The notes under the pieces are model-generated. The model was not told the DNA's origin, did not search any database, and saw only the letters and a program-made list of their open reading frames with translations. A stretch of DNA of 64,000 nt, taken from positions 27,915 through 91,914 of the forward strand of contig JBCBJQ010000013.1 of the NCBI GenBank assembly GCA_038523235.1, given 5' to 3'. A program made the translations under genes and the position numbers. Shown here piece by piece: positions 26,997-34,269 of this stretch (positions within the stretch are counted from its first letter, which is position 1; the number at the start of each line of letters is the position of its first letter). The DNA comes from Cyanobacteria bacterium J06626_4. GTDB lineage: Bacteria > Cyanobacteriota > Cyanobacteriia > Phormidesmidales > Phormidesmidaceae.

Positions 26997-28088
26997 GTGC
27001 CGGCGACTCTTGCTCCGTCTGGGAGGTTTTTGATGACCCTAGCCCTCGATCATCCCGCCCTCACCCTGCGCTTTACCCCCATGGATGTGCCCGTGACACG
27101 TCCATGGGAGGAGCGATCGCCCACGCTGGCGGCCAATCTCCCGGCGGTGGTCAATCCCCTAGTGCTATATCCGGGGGAACCGACAGAGGCGGCAATTTTG
27201 GTGGCAAACGAGAGCGATCGCCCGCTCGATCTGTCAGTGGTGGTGGGCGGCGACTTTCCTGTCGAGTGGTGTCAGGTGCTGCGATCGCACCCCACCCTGG
27301 CGCCGGGCGAAGGGACCACGGCGATTCTGCTCTTTCAGGTGCCCGCCGATTATTTTGAACGGGCTGCTGCCCCTGCAGAATCGGACGGCCTGCCGCTGGA
27401 ATACCACGGTCACCTGCGCTGCTTGAGCGCTAATTCAGGCGGCACCGCTCAGCTGGTGCGGGCGATCGAATTTACCCTCTACCTGCGCCCCCGCAGCCTC
27501 TATCTCGACTTTTTGCCCGAGCTGTACCGCGAGGTCGATTTTGTCGGTCGCCTGCTCAAGGTATTTGAGATGGCCTTTGAGCCCGACGTCCGTACCCTCG
27601 ACGGGCTCTGGGCCTATCTCAATCCGCGCCTAGCCCCGGCAGGGATGCTGCCCTTTTTGGCCCACTGGGTCGGCTGGCCGCTTTCATCGGATCTGAGCCT
27701 CGATCAGCAGCGCGATCTGATTGCCCGCGCCCTGGAGATTTATCGCTGGCGGGGTACGCAGCGGGGGCTGCGGCTGTCGCTGCATTTAGCAACGGGCCTG
27801 CCGCTCGACAAGCCCGCTGGGGGAGAACCGGCGATCGCCATTCAAGAAACCTTTGGCTCGGGACTGGTACTGGGCGAAACCCACCTGGGGCCAGAGGCGA
27901 TCATCGGCGGCACCAAACCCTTCCACTTTCACGTAACGCTACGGCAGCCCCCCGGCTTCGCCCTCGATGAAGCCCTGATTCGCAAAACCATCGAACGAGA
28001 AAAACCCGCCTTTTGTACCTACGAGCTAGCAATTCTATCCGCTACTGCCCGTCTCCCGTCCCCCGGATCAGCGGCAACCGTTCCCTAG
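26997..28088 (+). CDS. Phage tail protein I-like baseplate wedge protein with N-terminal extension
   Basis: YLDFLPELYRE, FVGRLLKVFE, LPFLAHWVGW, YRWRGTQRGL, IEREKPAFCTY. Confidence 0.88.
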   Translation: MPATLAPSGRFLMTLALDHPALTLRFTPMDVPVTRPWEERSPTLAANLPAVVNPLVLYPGEPTEAAILVANESDRPLDLSVVVGGDFPVEWCQVLRSHPTLAPGEGTTAILLFQVPADYFERAAAPAESDGLPLEYHGHLRCLSANSGGTAQLVRAIEFTLYLRPRSLYLDFLPELYREVDFVGRLLKVFEMAFEPDVRTLDGLWAYLNPRLAPAGMLPFLAHWVGWPLSSDLSLDQQRDLIARALEIYRWRGTQRGLRLSLHLATGLPLDKPAGGEPAIAIQETFGSGLVLGETHLGPEAIIGGTKPFHFHVTLRQPPGFALDEALIRKTIEREKPAFCTYELAILSATARLPSPGSAATVP

Positions 28089-28090
28089 TC

Positions 28091-28210
28091 GCCCCTCTAG
28101 CTCCCCCGCCCCCCAGTGATGCCCCCCTAACTCCCCTGCCCCCTAGCCCCCCGGTTCTCCTACTCCCCCACTCCCTCCACCCTCTACTCCCCACTCCCTC
28201 ACCCCCGCTG
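28091..28210 (+). repeat. C-rich short tandem repeat tract
   Basis: Degenerate CCCCTAGC/CTCCCC/CCCCACT units filling the intergenic space. Confidence 0.75.
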
Positions 28211-28212
28211 CC

Positions 28213-29610
28213 ATGACCGGTTTTCTCAGTCCTAATCCAGCCTCTTTCCCAGTTGCCGCGATCGCCCCACTACGGCGCTTGGCGGTGCGCAATGGCTTGC
28301 TGCTGGATGCCGAACGGTGGCAGGTGGCCCACGACTACCATCGTCAGCGTCAAAACCTGCACTATCAGGCGCTGCACCTGCCGGGCATCGTCTGCGGTCT
28401 GGAGGTCGCAGTGGGGCCACCGCCCGCTGAAGTGAGTGCGCGCTATCGCGATCAGCGCTGGCTGCAGGTGAGTCCGGGCGTGGCGATCGACGCCCACGGC
28501 AATCTGGTCGTGGTTGATCAGCCGGTGTCAGTGCATCTGGCCTCTCTGGCCGAGGCGCAGCCCCACTGGGTCTATCTGGTGGTGCGCCATGTTGATCCCG
28601 AAGGCCTGCAGCGATCGCAGCCCACCGAAATCATCGCGGAAACCTTTCGCCTAGACGAAAAGAAGCAGCCCCCCGACCCCTTAGACATTGAAATCTGTCG
28701 CATTCTGCTGCCTCCCAGTGACGGCCCCCTCTTGCCCGCTGCCGATGTGTTTGCCCCCGAGGTGGGCGAGATTGATCTGCGGTATCGCCAGCCGGCGCAG
28801 CTGCGGCCCCAGGCGTTAGTCAAAGTCGCCTATGCGCAGACGGCTCTCGCGTCGGAAGATCAGCGAATCCGCCACAGTCTCCAGACGCTATTGGATGCCA
28901 CCCAGGCTCTGTATCCGGCGCTGCAGGGAGAGGCCGATCTGCAGGCTGTCAATTTGAATGTCGCCGAGGCCGCGTCATCCGAGACCGCGTCCCCGGAGCC
29001 AGTGGACTGCGACCTGTTTTATCTCACCCACCGTCAGTGTTTAGGGCTGTCACCGCCTGCGATCGCCACGCTGCAGCAGCACCTACACCAGGGGGGCGTA
29101 CTGCTGGTTGAGCTACCCAGCCGCGACGGCAACTTTGAAGAGATGCACGCCATCGGACGCGAACTCGACACCGCTGTGGCCGATCTAGAGGGATCGCAAC
29201 GCTTTGCGGATCTGCGATCGCAGCTAGCCACTGAACAGGTAGCGGTCACCGCGAGTTTAGACAGTCGCCTGGCCGCCGCCCAGCAGACCCTACGCCAGCA
29301 CTTGACTCAGCCGGATTGGACGGCGCCCCCCCTAGCCGCCCCCCCGGCGGATCATCCTCTGCGGCGATCGCCCTTCGCGTTTTCCCAATGGCCGGTGATT
29401 CGCCAGGCACCATTGCGGCTCTACAGCGGCGGTGGCATCGTGCTGGCCCTGGGCGATTTATCCCTGGCTTGGGCTGCCAGTCCCGAGCTGGCCCTGCCGC
29501 GTGACCGGGTGCGCGCCGCCCACGAGCTGGGCATTAACCTGCTGCATTTTGCCTGGCAGCGCCATCACTGGACGCAAATTCAACAGTCTGCGCCGATTGC
29601 CGCCGCTTAA
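28213..29610 (+). CDS. CIS baseplate-associated protein with DUF4159-like C-terminal domain
   Basis: N-terminal GLLLDAERW..AHDYHRQRQ, PGIVCGLEV, VSPGVAIDAHG; C-terminal DLFYLT, GGVLLVE, HPLRRSPF, GDLSLAW, ELGINLLHFA. Confidence 0.75.
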   Translation: MTGFLSPNPASFPVAAIAPLRRLAVRNGLLLDAERWQVAHDYHRQRQNLHYQALHLPGIVCGLEVAVGPPPAEVSARYRDQRWLQVSPGVAIDAHGNLVVVDQPVSVHLASLAEAQPHWVYLVVRHVDPEGLQRSQPTEIIAETFRLDEKKQPPDPLDIEICRILLPPSDGPLLPAADVFAPEVGEIDLRYRQPAQLRPQALVKVAYAQTALASEDQRIRHSLQTLLDATQALYPALQGEADLQAVNLNVAEAASSETASPEPVDCDLFYLTHRQCLGLSPPAIATLQQHLHQGGVLLVELPSRDGNFEEMHAIGRELDTAVADLEGSQRFADLRSQLATEQVAVTASLDSRLAAAQQTLRQHLTQPDWTAPPLAAPPADHPLRRSPFAFSQWPVIRQAPLRLYSGGGIVLALGDLSLAWAASPELALPRDRVRAAHELGINLLHFAWQRHHWTQIQQSAPIAAA

Positions 29611-29659
29611 CGGCCCAGTTCTCAGCTGCTGTTTCTTACCCTCCTCTGTTCTCAACTCT

Positions 29660-31852
29660 ATGTCTTTGCCGTCCGCTGCTCCGTCTCAATCACCGCTACA
29701 TCGGGTCAAGCGTCGCTTTGGCCTCAAGGTCAAGCTGACCGGCATGATGCTGCTCACCATCAGTGCGATTGCAGCGATCGTCCATATTCCCTGGGTCTAT
29801 ATCTCTCGCCAAAACGTCAAGCAAATGGTCAGCGTCCTTCACGATGAGGCGTTTAAGGGAGCGCAAAACGATGCGGCGGCGTTCTTTGATAATGTGTTGG
29901 CGATTCAGCACATTATTTTGAGCAGTCTCAACAACGGGCTGATTGATCTAGAAGATCCGACTGGCCAAGGGCAGCTCTATCTCAACCTACTGCACGCCCA
30001 CGAAAACATTACCTGGGTGCAAATCGGTTTCGCCAATGGCGACTTTTTGGGGGCGCAGCGGCGGGCCGATGGGCTCTACAACCTCGACGTTCGGCGGTGG
30101 GACGACACCCTGGGGCAGCTGGCTGAGCCGGGCACTGATCTGGCGGCCCAACAGGACGATCGCGCCCAGCAGGCCGCAGTTTTTGAACAAACCCAAGCGG
30201 CTAACGTTAGCCCCGACCAGCTCGATTGGCAGGTGCGCACCTTTGACTTTGTGGAAGCGGAGGATGCCTGGCAGCAGGTCGATCAAACCCAGCGCGACGA
30301 GTTTTACTTTTCTCCCCAGCGCCCCTACTATCAGGCGGCACTAGCGACGCCCGGCGAGTCCGTGTGGACTGATGTGTATCGCTTCCGCACGGGCAATGTG
30401 GTGGGACTCGATGCCGCGATCGCCTATGAAGATCCAGAGACGGGCATCCTGCAGGGCGTCGTCAGCATTTCCTTTGGCCTGCGGCGGATTTCGGAGTATT
30501 TATCCGATTTGAAACAGCCGGGCGAGGGCCTCCTGTTCATTGTCGATAGCAACGGTAATTTAGTGGCGGCCAGCGACCCCGCCGTGCTGGCCAGCACCTT
30601 TGAAAGTGAAACCGAGGCCGAATTACTTGCCCTCGCAACCGTCGATAACCCCCTCCTGCAGGTGGTAAATCAGTCCCTGGACGAACACGATGTGGATCTG
30701 CAGGAGCTGGTGGATCTGCAGGAGCTATCACAGTATGACCCGATCACCGGCGAACGGTATTACGTGGCCGTGAGCCCGCTCGGTCGGCTGGACTGGGTGA
30801 TTGGCAGCATCACGCCGGAGACGGTTTTTTTAGAGCAGATCGATCGCAACCAACAGCGGCTGCTGGTGATCATTCTGGTGTTGCTGGGGGGTGGCATGAT
30901 TATCCTCTGGCAGCTGAGCGATCGCCTGCTGATTCGGCCCATTGTGTCGGTCAGTAATGCGGCGATTGCCATGGAATCGGGCAACTTTGCTGGGGTGGCC
31001 CTGACTGAGACGGCTCAGCGCGATGATGAACTCGGGCGCTTGGCAGAGGTATTTCAAAATATGGCGGCGGTGATTGGCGATCGCGAACAGAGTCTGAAGG
31101 CCCAGCTCGAAGACCTGCGCGACAGCGGCAGTGAGATGGCGGGCAGCCAGCTGGAGGTGGCCTATTATCAGGCTCTGACCGCCCGAGCCACCGAACTCCG
31201 GGCCGTGTCCGAACCGGCGGCGACCCCATCGTTTCCCCCTGCTGATTCCCTAAGTGCCTACTATCGCGCCCTACAAGAACGGGCGGCGGCGGTGCGGGTG
31301 ACCCGCATTAGCGGGGTGGAGGTAGAGCAAATGCTGCGCCAGGAAGAGTATCTCGCCACTTTACCCGATGGCGACCTGCGCGAATTAGCCAGCGGGGCGC
31401 AGCGCCAGACCTATGGAGCCGGTGAACTGATTTTTCGAGAAGGGGATGCCGCCGACACCGTGTATGTGTTGGCCGTCGGCACCGTCGAAGTCCGCTCTAC
31501 CAGTGATGACAGCCCGCTGCGGGTGTTGCAGCCGGGGCAGATCTTTGGCGATTTGACCCTGATGCTCGATGTGCCGCGCACCGCCTCCGTGCGCCCGCGT
31601 GACCACACAGTCGTCTTCACCCTTGACGAAGCGTTATTTAGTCGCATTTTGCGCCACAATCCCCAGGCCCAGCCCGCCGTTGAGGCCAAGCTGATGCAGC
31701 ATCAAGACGTGCTGGCGGATGCGCAAATCTGGCTGGGCGAAGGGCAATCGCAGCTGGCTGCCGGGGCCACCTGGCGCGACCTCGTCAGTCAACAACTGCA
31801 GCAATGGTGGCAGGGACCGTTAGTGGAGCACGCAAGGGCAGACCGGCCATGA
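29660..31852 (+). CDS. Membrane sensor: TM-Cache-TM-HAMP-cyclic nucleotide-binding domain
   Basis: RPYYQAA..VWTDVY Cache motif; HAMP RPIVSVS..RDDELGRLAEVFQNM; cNMP IFREGDAADTVY..FGDLTL..PRTASV; ATG at 29660. Confidence 0.85.
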   Translation: MSLPSAAPSQSPLHRVKRRFGLKVKLTGMMLLTISAIAAIVHIPWVYISRQNVKQMVSVLHDEAFKGAQNDAAAFFDNVLAIQHIILSSLNNGLIDLEDPTGQGQLYLNLLHAHENITWVQIGFANGDFLGAQRRADGLYNLDVRRWDDTLGQLAEPGTDLAAQQDDRAQQAAVFEQTQAANVSPDQLDWQVRTFDFVEAEDAWQQVDQTQRDEFYFSPQRPYYQAALATPGESVWTDVYRFRTGNVVGLDAAIAYEDPETGILQGVVSISFGLRRISEYLSDLKQPGEGLLFIVDSNGNLVAASDPAVLASTFESETEAELLALATVDNPLLQVVNQSLDEHDVDLQELVDLQELSQYDPITGERYYVAVSPLGRLDWVIGSITPETVFLEQIDRNQQRLLVIILVLLGGGMIILWQLSDRLLIRPIVSVSNAAIAMESGNFAGVALTETAQRDDELGRLAEVFQNMAAVIGDREQSLKAQLEDLRDSGSEMAGSQLEVAYYQALTARATELRAVSEPAATPSFPPADSLSAYYRALQERAAAVRVTRISGVEVEQMLRQEEYLATLPDGDLRELASGAQRQTYGAGELIFREGDAADTVYVLAVGTVEVRSTSDDSPLRVLQPGQIFGDLTLMLDVPRTASVRPRDHTVVFTLDEALFSRILRHNPQAQPAVEAKLMQHQDVLADAQIWLGEGQSQLAAGATWRDLVSQQLQQWWQGPLVEHARADRP

Positions 31853-34050
31853 CGAATAAAATTCTCCGCGAGGTGTGGGACAAATTAGACGATCAGGGGA
31901 TGACCACCCCCGCCTCCACTGAAAAAAATCTCGACGTCAGCCTCTCGGCCAAAAGCCTAGAGCTGGTGCCGGGCGAAAACATCGCTGAGCTGGCGATTAC
32001 CGTGGTCAACCAGAGCGATCGCCGGGCCAGCTTTCAGGTGGAAATTTTGGCGGCGGGTCAAGATCCGCGGGTGACGCTGCGCTGGTATGACCTGTCGCCA
32101 GAGGTCAGCAGCGTTAAGCCGCCGGGCGATACCACGCAGTTTCGCGTTGCCCTGGTCGATAGCCCCATTGTTGGGTTCTTTGGCTGGGTCAGCCTGACTG
32201 TGCGGGTATTTTCGCTGGAACTCAAAACGGAAGAGCGGCAGGTCCTGCGGCTCAAGGTAGTGCCCCCCGCCGGGGCCATCCCCCTGAAGCTGGAACTGTT
32301 GACGCCGATCTTGCGCAGTCGGCCCGGTCGCACCACACGGCTGCCGGTGCGTATCTACAACCTGGCACAGCTCACCGTGGGGGCGTTGGTGCGCTGCGAG
32401 GGCCTACCGCTCGACTGGTTTGTGCAAGATGCCGAGCAGGCGATCGACCTGCTGCCCCAGCAGTGGACGACGACGGAATTTGCGATTACGCTGCCCGCCC
32501 CTGCCGAAGCCCTGGCCGAGGCCCTGCCGCTGCGAGTGCAGGCCGAAGTGCCGGGCAGCGTGCCCGCGATCGCCGAAGGCCGCTTCGAGATTCTGCCGGT
32601 AGGGCGACTGGCCTTTCGTCCCCCAGTGCCGACGCAACAGCGCCTGCCTCGCTCCTGGCGGCGGCGAGAGGTGCCGCTGCCCGCCAGCTATGAGCTGACC
32701 TTTGAAAACGCCAGCAATCTAGTGCCGACAGTGACACTGGCGCTGAATAGCGAAACGGCGGATGACCTGCAGTGGGCCTTAGAGCCCGATGACACGCCCT
32801 GGTTGCCGGGTACGGTGCAGGCCAAAACCCTGCAGGTGTGGGCGCGGCGGCCCTGGCTGGGGCGCACCCAGACCCACGTGATTGAGGCTCAGGCGACCGT
32901 TTCGGACGAACGGCTTGGCCCCCCGGTCCCGGCCAGTCGACCCTTGCAGCTGGATGTCGCCCCGGTCGTGCCCGCCTGGCTCGCCCTTTTGGGAGGGCTG
33001 GGCCTACTGTGGCTGCTGTGGCTGTTGTCTTGGCTGAATCCGGCTAATGGGCTCTTTGGTCATCAAGCCGCTGTCAATAGTGTCCAGTTTGACGGCTTAG
33101 GGGAAACCATTGTCAGCGGTTCCAACGACCAGACGGCACGCTTCTGGCGGCGTCGGAGCTTCGTCAGACCACTCGAAAATCACGCCCTTGGCCCGGTGGC
33201 GACGGCAGATAAGGCCCTGCGGGTGGCGCGCTATCGGCCCCTCAACAACGATCAGCTGGCCGTGGGTTTAGAAAATGGCGAGATTCAACTGTGGGATCTG
33301 CTACGCCAGGAGCAATTGCTGGCACTCGCGGCCCCCAATCAGCGCGACGATCGCGTCTTAGATGTGCTCTTTACCCCCCATACCCCAAGCTTGTTGAGTA
33401 GCCACGGCAGCGGCACGGTGTTGCGCTGGGCGTTAGGCCCCGAGGCCGATGCGGCGGGCGACAGTCGCCTTCTGCAAACCGCCCAGTTTGACTTCGCGGC
33501 CTATAGTTTGGCGGCGGTGGGCCCCGAGGGCACCGTGATTGCCGTGGCTGGCCGCTACAACCGACTAGAGCTGTGGGATTGGCAAACCGATGAGCGCCTG
33601 GCGATCGCGGAATTTGCCGGGGGGCAGGACGACTACATCACCAGCTTAGCCACCGCTGCAGCTCACCCCAACTGGCTCGCCGTGGCCGATAACCAAGGGC
33701 AAATTACCCTGCTGGATTTGAGCCCCTGTCTCTCGGGCAACGCGGCTTGCCGCACCCTCGATCGCTGGGCCGCTAGCGAGGATGGTCAATCGATTCGGGC
33801 GATCGCGCTGACCCGCTCAGGCTGCTATCTCACCAGCGTCGGCGACGATGGACAGGTCAAACTGTGGCCGCTCTTGCAAGGGCGACGGCACGGTCGTTTT
33901 GCGGCGGGCAAAACCCTCGCTCGCCTGCCGCAGCCGCTCAACAGTGTGGACATTCGGCTCAAACGCAATCAGCTATGGTTGGTATCCGGCAGTGACGACA
34001 GCCGGGTGCGGGTACACCGTTCACCGCTGCAGCCCACCGACTGCCGCTGA
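31849..34050 (+). CDS. Membrane-anchored WD40 beta-propeller protein (crown-like CIS component)
   Basis: N-terminal beta-sandwich-like segments; TM WLALLGGLGLLWLLWLL; GHQAAVNSV..SGSNDQT and other WD40-like repeats; ATGA overlap with the upstream gene. Confidence 0.8.
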   Translation: MTNKILREVWDKLDDQGMTTPASTEKNLDVSLSAKSLELVPGENIAELAITVVNQSDRRASFQVEILAAGQDPRVTLRWYDLSPEVSSVKPPGDTTQFRVALVDSPIVGFFGWVSLTVRVFSLELKTEERQVLRLKVVPPAGAIPLKLELLTPILRSRPGRTTRLPVRIYNLAQLTVGALVRCEGLPLDWFVQDAEQAIDLLPQQWTTTEFAITLPAPAEALAEALPLRVQAEVPGSVPAIAEGRFEILPVGRLAFRPPVPTQQRLPRSWRRREVPLPASYELTFENASNLVPTVTLALNSETADDLQWALEPDDTPWLPGTVQAKTLQVWARRPWLGRTQTHVIEAQATVSDERLGPPVPASRPLQLDVAPVVPAWLALLGGLGLLWLLWLLSWLNPANGLFGHQAAVNSVQFDGLGETIVSGSNDQTARFWRRRSFVRPLENHALGPVATADKALRVARYRPLNNDQLAVGLENGEIQLWDLLRQEQLLALAAPNQRDDRVLDVLFTPHTPSLLSSHGSGTVLRWALGPEADAAGDSRLLQTAQFDFAAYSLAAVGPEGTVIAVAGRYNRLELWDWQTDERLAIAEFAGGQDDYITSLATAAAHPNWLAVADNQGQITLLDLSPCLSGNAACRTLDRWAASEDGQSIRAIALTRSGCYLTSVGDDGQVKLWPLLQGRRHGRFAAGKTLARLPQPLNSVDIRLKRNQLWLVSGSDDSRVRVHRSPLQPTDCR

Positions 34051-34157
34051 AGCCGTTAAAACAGGGTGAGATTTTGCGCCCCTGTCTCCGACCGCTCCGA
34101 TAATCATGAAACCCCGTAAACGCTTCGCATCCTGAACCCGCTAAAAAGCAATAAAAA

Positions 34158-34250
34158 CCCTACTCTCTAACCCCCCTACACCCCTACTCCCTAGCCCCCC
34201 TACTCCCTAGCCCCCCTACTCCCTAGCTCCCCTACTCCCTAGCTCCCTTA
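34158..34250 (+). repeat. 16-bp tandem repeat (CCCCTACTCCCTAGCY), about 4 copies plus degenerate flanks
   Basis: Directly visible tandem units. Confidence 0.85.
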
Positions 34251-34269
34251 CGCTCCTGCCCCCGCTGCG

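Noticed and set aside
15169..28088. Prophage or type VI secretion system
   Set aside because: No capsid, terminase, portal or integrase, and no TssJLM, TssK or ClpV; gene order matches Afp-type CIS
29432..29659. N-terminal extension of the sensor ORF in the ORF track
   Set aside because: Overlaps the upstream gene and looks non-coding; ATG 29660 gives a normal N-terminus before TM1
34158..34250. CRISPR array
   Set aside because: Units are contiguous with no unique spacers, and there are no cas genes
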